Sequence record: PZ445428.1
Strand: one strand, 5' to 3'
Source: a phage
DNA length: 64,000 bases
Positions 10,431-19,539 of the stretch are shown piece after piece. The position numbers and the translations under genes were made by a program. The notes beneath the pieces were generated by a model that was given only the letters and a program-made list of their open reading frames with translations, was not told where the DNA came from and searched no databases. Position 1 is the stretch's first letter. Each line of letters begins with the position of its first letter.

Positions 10431-10459
10431 TTGCTTACTGAGTGAAATTCAAATATAAT
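10431..10459 (+). promoter_or_regulatory. early promoter cassette (-35 TTGCTT, -10 TATAAT)
   Basis: Hexamers with 17-bp spacer. Confidence 0.55.
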
Positions 10460-10483
10460 ATATTTTATAAATTGGAGACACCT

Positions 10484-10738
10484 ATGGGACTCTTTAAAAA
10501 GAAAGTTTATTTAACACAAAGTCAAGAACGCAGGTTCTTAACTCTGTCTCAGTATTATCACTTACCTTTCGATCATTTCGTAGAACGGGCGATAGAACAA
10601 TTCCTAGAAAAGGAACTAAGGGCAATAAGACCCGAACCGCCAAGAGTACCCAATGATGCACAGAGAGGCCACCCACGTATTCCTCCTATGCCGCCAATTC
10701 CTCAGGCGACTAGGGTCATTGTAGAGGGCGAAAAATAA
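10484..10738 (+). CDS. hypothetical protein (Pro-rich C-terminus)
   Basis: ORF track 10442..10738; start moved to ATG after GGAGACACC. Confidence 0.5.
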   Translation: MGLFKKKVYLTQSQERRFLTLSQYYHLPFDHFVERAIEQFLEKELRAIRPEPPRVPNDAQRGHPRIPPMPPIPQATRVIVEGEK

Positions 10739-11007
10739 TGTCTATTCTTTTATCTGCTTTAGAAGCAAAACAAAATACTATTGCTGTTATTAAACAGGAA
10801 GTAATTGACCTAGAATCACTTATTGCCGTAGAGATTGATAAAGCAATCAAAGAAAAAGAATTTAACTGCCATATTCAGGGATTAACTGAATATTCAGAAA
10901 ACGCCAGAAACAGCGTTATGCAACGACTTACTAAACTAGGCTATATCGTAGAGGCTAAGTATGAGCAGCGTGAAGGTTTTTGGCTTGAAATTGACTGGAG
11001 CAAATAA
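10738..11007 (+). CDS. hypothetical protein (89 aa)
   Basis: ORF track; start overlaps upstream stop (TAATG). Confidence 0.5.
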   Translation: MSILLSALEAKQNTIAVIKQEVIDLESLIAVEIDKAIKEKEFNCHIQGLTEYSENARNSVMQRLTKLGYIVEAKYEQREGFWLEIDWSK

Positions 11008-11483
11008 TGTCGGTTTTCCACATATATACAGATGGTGCATGTAAAGGTAATCCTGGGTTAGGCGCTTGGGGTTTTGTAGTATATGATCCTACTGATGAAC
11101 GTTTAGGTTCTAAATCCGGTTTTAATCCAAAAACCACAAATAATGAGATGGAACTCACAGCTATTGTTGAAGTTCTACGTTGGGCTACTAAAAATGATAA
11201 GCGCCCAGCTATGATCTACACTGACTCTACATACTGTAAAAATGGCATGGAAAGCTGGGTTTTCTCCTGGCAGAAAAAAGGCTGGAAGAAAGCCGATGGA
11301 GAAGCCCCTCTTAACCTAGAGTTGTGGAAAGAAGCATTCTCATTACTACAAAAATACATAAACTTCCACGACACCACACCGACCTTCGTTAAAGTCAAGG
11401 GGCACTCAGGTGGTCCTAGAAATGACGAAGTAGACGCTCTATGTAATACAGTTATAACAGAGCAAGAGTTAGCTGAGATGTAA
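11007..11483 (+). CDS. rnh: ribonuclease H
   Basis: N-terminus IYTDGACKGNPG typical of RNase HI. Confidence 0.8.
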   Translation: MSVFHIYTDGACKGNPGLGAWGFVVYDPTDERLGSKSGFNPKTTNNEMELTAIVEVLRWATKNDKRPAMIYTDSTYCKNGMESWVFSWQKKGWKKADGEAPLNLELWKEAFSLLQKYINFHDTTPTFVKVKGHSGGPRNDEVDALCNTVITEQELAEM

Positions 11484-11503
11484 TAAATAAATTAAAAATT
11501 CAG

Positions 11504-11532
11504 TTGCTTAAAGCCCTCGATTTTAGTATAAT
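11504..11532 (+). promoter_or_regulatory. early promoter cassette (-35 TTGCTT, -10 TATAAT)
   Basis: AAAAATTCAGTTGCTT...TATAAT; conserved leader with GAGGAGG RBS. Confidence 0.65.
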
Positions 11533-11559
11533 ATTCATATTGAAAGTGAGGAGGGCTTT

Positions 11560-11838
11560 ATGCGAATTTATAACTCAAATTCATTAGGTTTCAAACCATT
11601 GAGAAAACGTGCACAATCTCCGCGTCAGATCAGAAAGGCTAATATCGGAGAACCAGAAACGCGTCTTCCGCCACCTCCTGAACAACGTTTAGTTTATCTA
11701 GACGAGGAATTGGCAGAACGTGAACGTAAAGCTCAAGAAGAAATTGAGCGTAAGAAGATGTGTACTGCTCCGGCATATAATAAAGGTGCATATCAATACG
11801 TTTCTGATGAAGAACAAGCTAAGATGGTCGGCAGATAA
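11560..11838 (+). CDS. hypothetical protein (92 aa)
   Basis: ORF track; cassette promoter and RBS. Confidence 0.5.
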   Translation: MRIYNSNSLGFKPLRKRAQSPRQIRKANIGEPETRLPPPPEQRLVYLDEELAERERKAQEEIERKKMCTAPAYNKGAYQYVSDEEQAKMVGR

Positions 11839-11854
11839 TTTTTAAAAAATTCAT

Positions 11855-11883
11855 TTGCTAAACGCTTCAAAATCTCGTATAAT
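11855..11883 (+). promoter_or_regulatory. early promoter cassette (-35 TTGCTA, -10 TATAAT)
   Basis: Hexamers with 17-bp spacer. Confidence 0.6.
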
Positions 11884-11921
11884 ATACTTCATAAATTGAT
11901 CAACAAAAAGGAAAATAAATA

Positions 11922-12437
11922 ATGGCTAAGCAGAAAAACGCAAAAACTCAGGCAGCTCCAGCAGTTAAGACTTTCCCGCAGACCGAAGCTAATCGTAAGG
12001 CTCGTCTGGAACGTCATCTGCGTAAGCATCCTGAAGATGTTCAGGCTGCACAAGCTCTGGGTCGTCCGGCTCCTGTTCGTCAGAAACCGAAGGCTAAAAA
12101 CTCAACCCGAGCTGTAGCTAAACAGGTTGTGTTCATCAAAGGTGAAGGCCACAAGTCTGTACCTGTAACCCTGGGCTTCAACGGTGGAGCTGAAATGTTC
12201 TCCCGTAAGGACATGTCCCCGAAAGAGTACGAAAAAGCAGTTAATCAGAAACGTAAGCCAATGGCCGACGTATTCCGTGAAACTCGCGGCCAGTTCGGCT
12301 CTGTTAAACCGAATATCTTCGGTGTAGAGTATAGCCGTGACAACGTTCGCGCTCTGTGCTACGGCATTGGCATCAAGTTCACTGGTGCTTCTGATCGTAA
12401 ATCCGCTAAACCGGCTCGTAAGCGTAAAGCGAAGTAA
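11922..12437 (+). CDS. hypothetical basic protein (171 aa)
   Basis: ORF track; Lys/Arg-rich termini. Confidence 0.55.
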   Translation: MAKQKNAKTQAAPAVKTFPQTEANRKARLERHLRKHPEDVQAAQALGRPAPVRQKPKAKNSTRAVAKQVVFIKGEGHKSVPVTLGFNGGAEMFSRKDMSPKEYEKAVNQKRKPMADVFRETRGQFGSVKPNIFGVEYSRDNVRALCYGIGIKFTGASDRKSAKPARKRKAK

Positions 12438-12443
12438 TGATTG

Positions 12444-12460
12444 ATGGGGCGAAAGCCCCA
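12444..12460 (+). terminator. GNRA-tetraloop hairpin (TGGGGC-GAAA-GCCCCA), putative terminator/processing site
   Basis: Perfect 6-bp stem with GAAA loop right after stop codon; weak U-run. Confidence 0.4.
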
Positions 12461-12495
12461 TATACTAACTCTCTTTCTAACTAAGGATATTTTTT

Positions 12496-12711
12496 ATGTT
12501 CTCTAAGAAACCACGTTCCGTTACTGAAATCGTTGCTTCCTTTACCACAATTACTGACGAACTTCAAGCTCGTATTGATGCTGATCAGAAAACCGCTGCT
12601 GAAATTCAGAAACAGCAGGAAGAACTTGCTCTGAAATTGGCTGAAACCAATAAGAGCGAAAAATCTGCTCAAACTATTAAGGAAAACATCCTTAAACTGC
12701 TGGGTAAGTAA
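12496..12711 (+). CDS. hypothetical protein (71 aa)
   Basis: ORF track. Confidence 0.45.
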   Translation: MFSKKPRSVTEIVASFTTITDELQARIDADQKTAAEIQKQQEELALKLAETNKSEKSAQTIKENILKLLGK

Positions 12712-12712
12712 T

Positions 12713-12973
12713 ATGAGACATAATAACTCACGTATTATGTCTGGTATGCTTCAACGACTATTTAACGATGGAGCGGTGAGGGCTTATCGGACAGACATTA
12801 CCAATATTTGGAAACTAGAGTTTAGGTTATCAGATGATTCCGAAGCCATAAACAACCGTACCTTTACTTGGTATGAATTTGAAGATGAAGTTCAGCAGTT
12901 TAGCGAGGGTTACTTTGTAACACCTGGAGAAGCTCAGGCTGCCCTAGAGCACTACTGTAGGACTTATCTCTGA
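12713..12973 (+). CDS. hypothetical protein (86 aa)
   Basis: ORF track; start overlaps upstream stop. Confidence 0.45.
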   Translation: MRHNNSRIMSGMLQRLFNDGAVRAYRTDITNIWKLEFRLSDDSEAINNRTFTWYEFEDEVQQFSEGYFVTPGEAQAALEHYCRTYL

Positions 12974-13012
12974 TATACTAGGGGGCGAAAGCCCCTCTCA
13001 TTTGGAGAAACT

Positions 13013-13228
13013 ATGCGTAACTTCGTTGCAAAGAATGATTTTAACCGTGCTAGCACTCATAAGTCTGCTAGAGATTATACTCGTCTTTCTAAACATGAGC
13101 TTCTAGAAGAAATCATGGAAGAAAACTGGGATGTTAATGAAAATGGAACAGACCTGTTTGAAGAAGAAGAAATTCCCTTGAAAGACCCCAAGCAGTGGGA
13201 GTCTAACAAAGAGACCACTCTTTGTTAG
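13013..13228 (+). CDS. hypothetical acidic protein (71 aa)
   Basis: ORF track. Confidence 0.45.
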   Translation: MRNFVAKNDFNRASTHKSARDYTRLSKHELLEEIMEENWDVNENGTDLFEEEEIPLKDPKQWESNKETTLC

Positions 13229-13252
13229 TTTTCTACACAATAAGGATAAGTT

Positions 13253-13954
13253 ATGAAAGTAAAACCATTTGGTATGCTGGACATTGAATCCCTAGGGACT
13301 CCAGATAACTGTGGAACAACCCATATCGCAATGCCGTCTTTCGCTTTCGTAGCCATGCACGGAATTGATACAGACCCTGACCTGATCTTCGTAACCCTAG
13401 ACGTTCAAGATCAACTTAATGCAGGTGCTAAAGTTACTGCATCTACATTTGCTTTCTGGATGGATCAGGCTAAAAATAGCCCATCTGCCCTCCACATTAT
13501 GGAAGCTTTACAAAGCAAAGGTGCAAAACTCATTGCATTCCGTGATGGTAAACACCAGTGCACTAATGAACTAGGTTCAAACTATGGAGCTTACCTCATG
13601 GCTAAGAACATGATGGAAATCTTCCTAGACGAAAATGCACTGTACTACGGCAATGGCCCAGAATTTGATATGACTATCTACTCTGCTAATACGTTCCATG
13701 CTGGAACTAATGAAGCAGTCGTTCCATGGAAATTCTGGAATCTGGGTAACGTTCGTTCTTTCCGTAATCTGTGGATGCAAGCAGGTTATAATTACAAAGA
13801 ACTGGAAGCCGAAGGTGCTAGCTGGGCTAAGGCTAAAATGGAGAAGATGGACACCATTCGTTATGGAATCTATCCAGTTAAGCATGATCCAGCATTCGAT
13901 GCATTAGTTGAAAGTTACTGCGTTGCGCGCATGATCGAAAAAATCAAAATTTGA
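13253..13954 (+). CDS. putative DEDD-family 3'-5' exonuclease
   Basis: N-terminal LDIESLG resembles Exo-I (D.E) motif; 233 aa. Confidence 0.4.
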   Translation: MKVKPFGMLDIESLGTPDNCGTTHIAMPSFAFVAMHGIDTDPDLIFVTLDVQDQLNAGAKVTASTFAFWMDQAKNSPSALHIMEALQSKGAKLIAFRDGKHQCTNELGSNYGAYLMAKNMMEIFLDENALYYGNGPEFDMTIYSANTFHAGTNEAVVPWKFWNLGNVRSFRNLWMQAGYNYKELEAEGASWAKAKMEKMDTIRYGIYPVKHDPAFDALVESYCVARMIEKIKI

Positions 13955-13955
13955 T

Positions 13956-13984
13956 TTGCTTTCAGCTCCAAAATTCTGTATAAT
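13956..13984 (+). promoter_or_regulatory. early promoter cassette (-35 TTGCTT, -10 TATAAT)
   Basis: Hexamers with 17-bp spacer. Confidence 0.6.
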
Positions 13985-14024
13985 ATATTCATAAATTTGA
14001 GAAAACAAACAAAAGGAAAACACA

Positions 14025-14207
14025 ATGCCAGTATCTAAAAACACTCGTAAAAATGGTAAGAAAGCTACTCGTAACCTGGGCCTGCGTCGTATGGCTGAAC
14101 GTCAGTCCGGCATCCAGAAAATCTTTAACGTGCTGAATCGCGCTAATCCAAACATTGATAACAGTTCTGATACTGTTCTGCGCACTCTGCTGGCAATCGG
14201 TCTGTAA
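14025..14207 (+). CDS. hypothetical protein (60 aa)
   Basis: ORF track. Confidence 0.45.
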   Translation: MPVSKNTRKNGKKATRNLGLRRMAERQSGIQKIFNVLNRANPNIDNSSDTVLRTLLAIGL

Positions 14208-14220
14208 TAGACCGCTTTTA
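14199..14220 (+). terminator. hairpin terminator overlapping stop codon
   Basis: GGTCT-gtaat-AGACC followed by GCTTTTAAAA. Confidence 0.45.
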
Positions 14221-14260
14221 AAACAAATTCAAATCTCAAACTTCATATAAGGAAGAAATA

Positions 14261-14899
14261 ATGACTACTCGTATGTCTAAAACTCGTGCTCTGGCAACCA
14301 TCAAGTCTCTGGAAGCTAAAATCCGTAAAGCCACTGAACAACAGCTTCTGGTTGCAGTTGGTGAAGGTAAAGACCACAACCAAGTTGTTGTTGGTGCTGC
14401 AATCGAAGTAGATGCTCTGTCTACTCGTATTGCGAATGACTTCCAGTCTCTGCTGGATATGATGTCTCAGCGCGATCGCATCAAAGCTGCCCTGATTCAG
14501 AGCAACGCAGAAACGATTGTTGAAATCGGTTCTCGCAAAATGACCGTAGCGGAAGCTATCGAAGCCAAGCGTTCTATGGAACTCAAGGCACAGCTGTTGG
14601 CTAACATGCGTAAGCAGTTCCATGCTGCAACTGTTAAGTTCAACACTCAGAAAGCTCAATTTGATGCTAAGTACGAACGTCTTCAGGATAATATGTCCAC
14701 CCGTGACAAGAAGACTTCCGAAGATGAAATCAAAATGCAGATCAACCTGCTGGAACTGAAGCACACTCCGTTCCTGATCGATCCTCTGGGTCTGGAAGCG
14801 TTGATCAAGCAGCATGACGAAGACTATCAGGACTTTGCAACTAACGTTGACTTTGTTCTGTCTGAGTCCAACGCCTCTACTTTCATCGAAGTAGAGTAA
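14261..14899 (+). CDS. hypothetical protein (212 aa)
   Basis: ORF track; AAGGAAG RBS. Confidence 0.55.
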   Translation: MTTRMSKTRALATIKSLEAKIRKATEQQLLVAVGEGKDHNQVVVGAAIEVDALSTRIANDFQSLLDMMSQRDRIKAALIQSNAETIVEIGSRKMTVAEAIEAKRSMELKAQLLANMRKQFHAATVKFNTQKAQFDAKYERLQDNMSTRDKKTSEDEIKMQINLLELKHTPFLIDPLGLEALIKQHDEDYQDFATNVDFVLSESNASTFIEVE

Positions 14900-15282
14900 T
14901 GAATTAAAAGTCTAGCAAATCGGTAGACGAAAGCCCAAGCATCTTACCTCGCAGCAGCGGTTGAAATACGAGGTTAAATAAGACCGCTGACCATACTATA
15001 AAGTATAATCTATTGGAGATTATGTTTATTACATCAGACTCTTAATCTGACACGTAAAAACAAAGGTCGTTGGTAGTACCAACACAACTTCAAAGATCAA
15101 CGCTCAAGTATGAAAGCTGAAAAGTTAAAAGCACTCAAACTTCTAACCTTCTAAAGCTAAAAGATGCAAAGTATTCGTTGATGATTCAAACCCTAGGTCA
15201 AAGGTACATGGCTCATAAGATATGGCCTGTGGCGCCTCTAGGCTGTTTATCGGTTTGCTAGTCTCTCAATCTAAAAATGTAT

Positions 15283-15311
15283 TTGCGAAAACACTTTCAC
15301 TTCTGTATAAT
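15283..15311 (+). promoter_or_regulatory. early promoter cassette (-35 TTGCGA, -10 TATAAT)
   Basis: Hexamers with 17-bp spacer. Confidence 0.55.
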
Positions 15312-15341
15312 ATATTTTTAAATTGATGAGACGAGGCTATT

Positions 15342-15659
15342 ATGACTTTCCATATTCTGATTGATGATGTTCGTAACTTAAATGGAATGGATATTATCAT
15401 TCGAACCCCCGAAGCCGCTGTTGAGTTTCTGAATACAACCGATACCACTGGTCATTTCGTTTATATGGACAACGATCTGGCTGTAGATGGTATGGAAGGT
15501 TATCAAATTCTTCGTTTACTCTTAGAATTTGGCCAGAGACCCAAGAAAGTGGTACTAGTAACCTCTAACCCGGTAGCTAAAGAGACCATGCGTAATGATC
15601 TCCTAGACGAAGGGTATCAAGAAAGCCCTAATCGTATTGAGTACGATTGGCCGGAGTAA
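15342..15659 (+). CDS. hypothetical protein (105 aa)
   Basis: ORF track. Confidence 0.5.
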   Translation: MTFHILIDDVRNLNGMDIIIRTPEAAVEFLNTTDTTGHFVYMDNDLAVDGMEGYQILRLLLEFGQRPKKVVLVTSNPVAKETMRNDLLDEGYQESPNRIEYDWPE

Positions 15660-15666
15660 ACAAAAG

Positions 15667-16116
15667 ATGAAGGCAGCACTGCTACTAACTGCTGCCCTAG
15701 CCTTTAGCTTTAATAGTCATGCCACACATGATGCAAAAGAAATAGAATGTATTGCTAAAAACATCTATTTTGAGAGCCGAGGTGAGGGCACGAAGGGAAT
15801 GCTCGCAGTTGCACAGGTTACTAAAAACCGTGTTAACTCTGGTAAGTTCCCTGATACTTACTGTAAAGTAGTATATCAGTCTAACCAGTTTTCTTGGGTA
15901 TCCAAGAACCCAAAAGTTGATAAAACCGATGAGGCTTGGCAAGTTGCTAAGAATTTAGCTAGAGTGATATACTACGTTGATTTACCACAAGATCCAACAC
16001 ATGGAGCGTTATACTTCCATAGTGGTAAAGACAAACCTTATTGGACTAAAGTATTTAAGAAAACAACTAAGATCAAAGGACACACGTTCTATAAACCTGT
16101 CTCCCAAGAAACTTAA
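15667..16116 (+). CDS. putative cell-wall hydrolase (SleB-like), signal peptide
   Basis: ORF track 15637..16116, start moved to ATG 15667; N-terminal signal MKAALLLTAALAFS; GMLAVAQVTKNRV resembles SleB-family hydrolases. Confidence 0.5.
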   Translation: MKAALLLTAALAFSFNSHATHDAKEIECIAKNIYFESRGEGTKGMLAVAQVTKNRVNSGKFPDTYCKVVYQSNQFSWVSKNPKVDKTDEAWQVAKNLARVIYYVDLPQDPTHGALYFHSGKDKPYWTKVFKKTTKIKGHTFYKPVSQET

Positions 16117-16124
16117 AAATTCGG

Positions 16125-16153
16125 TTGCTTAATGCTTTAAAAACCTGTATAAT
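16125..16153 (+). promoter_or_regulatory. early promoter cassette (-35 TTGCTT, -10 TATAAT)
   Basis: Hexamers with 17-bp spacer. Confidence 0.6.
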
Positions 16154-16184
16154 ACTTTCATAAATTAATGAGAGGAAGCGAAAC

Positions 16185-16355
16185 ATGAAATCAGTTGTAA
16201 TTATTGGTGTTAATACTCGTGGTATTCGTACTACTAAAACTGTTAAAACTGCTAAGATTTCTGATGTTACATCAAACCCTAGCAAGTTTGATTTCGCTAA
16301 AGTCTCGGCAGTTATGACTGAAAAATCTTTTAATCAAACACTGGAAGCAAAATAA
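16185..16355 (+). CDS. hypothetical protein (56 aa)
   Basis: Hand-translated ORF below track cutoff (MKSVVIIGVNTRGIR...); GAGAGGAAG RBS; stop overlaps next ATG. Confidence 0.4.
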   Translation: MKSVVIIGVNTRGIRTTKTVKTAKISDVTSNPSKFDFAKVSAVMTEKSFNQTLEAK

Positions 16356-16798
16356 TGGAAGAGAATATCCTAGACGTTCTGCGTAGAGCTTTACAAGCAT
16401 CTAAAGTAAATGGTTCTGATAAAGAAGTAGTGAAGAGCTACCAGACTATAATTGGCGATCTTCAGCGGGTAGATAAAGACTTTATCACTTCTGAACAATT
16501 TGTAAATTATCTGAAAGCTCAGTTAAAGAGCATTGAAGCAACTAAAGCAAAACTGCAGGGTGCTGATCTGCAAAACTATAGTCTGCAATCTGCTCAGTAT
16601 GAATATGTACTTAACAGTTATTTAGAGAAGTATCTGCCTCCGCAGATGTCCTCTACTGAAATACGCAATTACTTTGCAGAATTAGTTAAACTGAATCCAG
16701 GTATTACCAAAGGTACCCTGATGAAAGCGATTAAGGAAGAATTTTCTGGTCGTTATGATGGTAAACTTGCAGCTCAAGTTGCTGGCGAATTTAATTAA
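16355..16798 (+). CDS. hypothetical protein (147 aa)
   Basis: ORF track. Confidence 0.55.
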   Translation: MEENILDVLRRALQASKVNGSDKEVVKSYQTIIGDLQRVDKDFITSEQFVNYLKAQLKSIEATKAKLQGADLQNYSLQSAQYEYVLNSYLEKYLPPQMSSTEIRNYFAELVKLNPGITKGTLMKAIKEEFSGRYDGKLAAQVAGEFN

Positions 16799-16806
16799 AA
16801 ATTGAT

Positions 16807-16835
16807 TTGCTAAATGCTTCAAAAGTTGATATAAT
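16807..16835 (+). promoter_or_regulatory. early promoter cassette (-35 TTGCTA, -10 TATAAT) driving an ORF-free region
   Basis: Hexamers with 17-bp spacer; no start codon or ORF follows for about 1.1 kb. Confidence 0.6.
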
Positions 16836-17963
16836 AGTTACATAAATTAGAGAGAACAGCGAGCCGATTACGCTGAGTGCAGAATCCCAACCGGAGCGCA
16901 TTGAATAGAGTCGGTGAGTTGTACTAGGATTCCTGATTAGAGAGGTTCCAGGCACCGCAGGGTTTACTCTGTACCGCTTCCAGCTATCGATATCAGGAAT
17001 GAATAGTGCGCAAAACTCGGGAGCTGTCCCGAAACCTCGTAAACTCTTCTCTCTAATTTAATTAAACGATGGATCTCAGCACGAGCCAGTCACAGTGTGA
17101 AACATGGTGCGTGACCCAGGGGTAGAAGACTAGGAGTTGGCTTGAGAAACCCATGTAACTCCTAACGCTGACCCGTCTAGGTTGCAAATCGAGACATGTG
17201 TATATCACAATGAGGTAAGTGACCATCAAATAGTGGGTAGCGTAATTTTTAGGTGAATGATGGAGGTCTAACGACTGAGGGCATCATCTCGGGATTACCA
17301 GCCACGAAATAGTGGGGTGTCGAACTGACTTATGTAATAACACTGCCGTCCTAGTATAAACGGTAATATCAAGCCGTAACTGGTGGAAGATGTAGGTTCG
17401 AATCCTACGGTCGGTAAGAATTAGATAACTCGGGCTTATACCGGATAAGCATTCGCTGCGGAAGTACATACTATGACGGTTCAGGAGGTACGCCGCCTGA
17501 TCAGTATGAGGTTAGAATCGAAACCGCTAAACCACGAGGAAACCTGACGGCCTCAGCCAAACTCGGAAACTCAGGATCGCTGCTTAGTGCGTGCCCTGTT
17601 TTAACCTAGAGACTAAGCACTCCAGCTTCGCATCGAAAATCGGAGGTGCGATTCTACTAGACCGCGTAACTATGAGAGGGGGAAATGCTCACATGAAACA
17701 TGTGACTAATGGTGCACAATAGAACAGGTAAACGCGATAAGTCCTGTTGAGTAGCAGCAGAAGGCTGGGAGTCATGACCTGAGCCTAACCGAGTTCTCCA
17801 CATAGGGAGGACATAACCACGAAGTCACCTTGACTTAAACTGGAAGATATTGTCTGACGGCAGGGCTGAAGAGCTTAATCTGAGGGGGCTGACCCTACCT
17901 ACCGCCGGGTATCTTTAAGAGCTTTTGAGAGAGTTCTTAAAAATACCTAACAAAATCTATTTT
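16836..17963 (+). ncRNA. candidate large structured non-coding RNA / tRNA-like precursor region
   Basis: 1.1 kb with stops in all plus frames, higher GC than surroundings, promoter upstream, tRNA-like T-arm (GTAGG-TTCGAAT-CCTAC near 17392-17408), canonical tRNA-Arg directly at 3' end. Confidence 0.3.
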
Positions 17964-18038
17964 CGGGGTGTAGTCTAAGGGATAGGCAGGAGTCTTCTAA
18001 ATTCCTTTATGCAGGTTCGAATCCTGTCACCTCGGCCA
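17964..18038 (+). tRNA. tRNA-Arg (anticodon TCT)
   Basis: Cloverleaf read by eye: acceptor CGGGGTG/CACCTCG, anticodon loop CTTCTAA, T-arm GCAGG-TTCGAAT-CCTGT, CCA encoded. Confidence 0.7.
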
Positions 18039-18064
18039 ATTTTATTAACTAGTAGGAAAATAAA

Positions 18065-18265
18065 ATGAAAACACGATATATAGTAAAAGCAGTAGGTGAA
18101 CATTCTCAAGTAAATACCACTGATGTTACAGCACTAGCGTTTGAAGTAGTCTCCGGTATAGTTATATTTCATAATGGAGATATTAAAGCACCTGAATTTG
18201 CTGTGGATTCTGGCCTGTTTATTTCTGCCACTAAAGTAACTGTAGTATCTAACTCTTCTAAATAA
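18065..18265 (+). CDS. hypothetical protein (66 aa)
   Basis: ORF track. Confidence 0.45.
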   Translation: MKTRYIVKAVGEHSQVNTTDVTALAFEVVSGIVIFHNGDIKAPEFAVDSGLFISATKVTVVSNSSK

Positions 18266-18276
18266 TAAGGAAATAT

Positions 18277-19221
18277 ATGTTTACTAAAAACACTAAAGAA
18301 CTAACTTCTGAACAAAAAGTAATTCGTACTATTAAACGTTGGGGTGTTGGTGCTGTAGTTGGTCTTGGTGCTCTTATTCTGGCTCTCAATTCCTATACAG
18401 TTGTTCAGGACGGTACTGTAAAGACTCAGACATTCTTGGGTAAAGTTAACCCGAACCCTGTACTGCCAGGGTTTCACATTGTCAACCCATTCGCTTCTTT
18501 TGATACTTTTAGTACGAAAGATATTTCCATGAAACTGGATAAGCTTCAGGTTCCTAGCCAGGATAAGTTTAAGTCCACTGTTGATATTACTGTTATGTTG
18601 CAGTTCGATGGTGCTAAAGCTCCGATGAACCGTGTTAACGCAGGTACTCAGGATCAGGCGCTGAACAAGTATGTTGAAGAGAAGATGCTGTCTACTATCC
18701 GTGAATTTGGTAAGTCTGTACCGAAAGCACAGGATCTGTTCGACGCTAAGATTCAGGCACAGCTGCAAACTGCAATTCAGCAGGAAGTTGAAGAATATGC
18801 TCGTCCTTATGGTTACACCGTGAAGCAAGTATTCCTTCAGGATATTACACTTCCGCCAGTAATCATGGAACAGGTTCAGAACACAAAAGTTCGTGAAGAA
18901 CAAGTTAACGCCGCTAAAGCTGAACTAGCTCGTGTTGAACAAGAAGCACAGCAGAAAGTTAAGCAAGCTGAAGCAGATCGTTCTGCTCGTGAAAACATGG
19001 CAGTAGCTAACGAACGTGACGCAGATGCTAAACTGTACGCAGCTAAGAAAGAAGCTGAAGCTAACGCCGCACTGCAACGTACCATTACCCCTGAAATGAT
19101 TCGTTGGAAACAGCTGGAAGTTGAAATGCTTCGTGCTGAGAAATATCAGGGTGGTGTACCGCAGACTGTAGTTGGTACTGGTTATGATGGCCAGATGATC
19201 ATGGATATGCGTAACAAGTAA
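18277..19221 (+). CDS. putative SPFH/band-7 (prohibitin-like) membrane protein
   Basis: N-terminal TM helix, central SPFH-like region, long Ala/Glu/Gln coiled-coil tail. Confidence 0.5.
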   Translation: MFTKNTKELTSEQKVIRTIKRWGVGAVVGLGALILALNSYTVVQDGTVKTQTFLGKVNPNPVLPGFHIVNPFASFDTFSTKDISMKLDKLQVPSQDKFKSTVDITVMLQFDGAKAPMNRVNAGTQDQALNKYVEEKMLSTIREFGKSVPKAQDLFDAKIQAQLQTAIQQEVEEYARPYGYTVKQVFLQDITLPPVIMEQVQNTKVREEQVNAAKAELARVEQEAQQKVKQAEADRSARENMAVANERDADAKLYAAKKEAEANAALQRTITPEMIRWKQLEVEMLRAEKYQGGVPQTVVGTGYDGQMIMDMRNK

Positions 19222-19245
19222 TAGACATACGTAACATCTGAAGTA

Positions 19246-19330
19246 AGCCCGCGTTTCCTCCGAGAGCGCGGGCTTTTCTGTATTTAAGGCAAAAGAAAAG
19301 CCCCTTACCTTTCGGCAGGGGCTTTGTTTT
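19246..19330. terminator. bidirectional terminator region between convergent genes
   Basis: Two hairpins (AAGCCCGCG...CGCGGGCTT and GCCCCT...AGGGGC) flanked by T-runs on one side and A-runs on the other. Confidence 0.6.
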
Positions 19331-19539
19331 TGGTTTAGAACCATACTCTCTTGTTACAGCAACCACCCATACGGGAGACCAATCTTGACTGAAAATCTAC
19401 TCTAGGGGGCAGGATAAGAGTAGGCTTAAAGGCAAACGGATTGAACACCGGTATTTGCGTAAACATTGCTGGAGAGCAACAACGTGCTACAGGCATTGGG
19501 CAGCATGATGTAGGCTTTCTACAACACATTTAAACCTCC

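Noticed and set aside
16807-18038. Reading the 1.1-kb ORF-free block as a group I intron inside a split tRNA
   Set aside because: Candidate 5' acceptor partners for the internal T-arm occur at chance frequency and no P7/P3-like core could be recognised by eye; kept only as a generic structured-RNA candidate.
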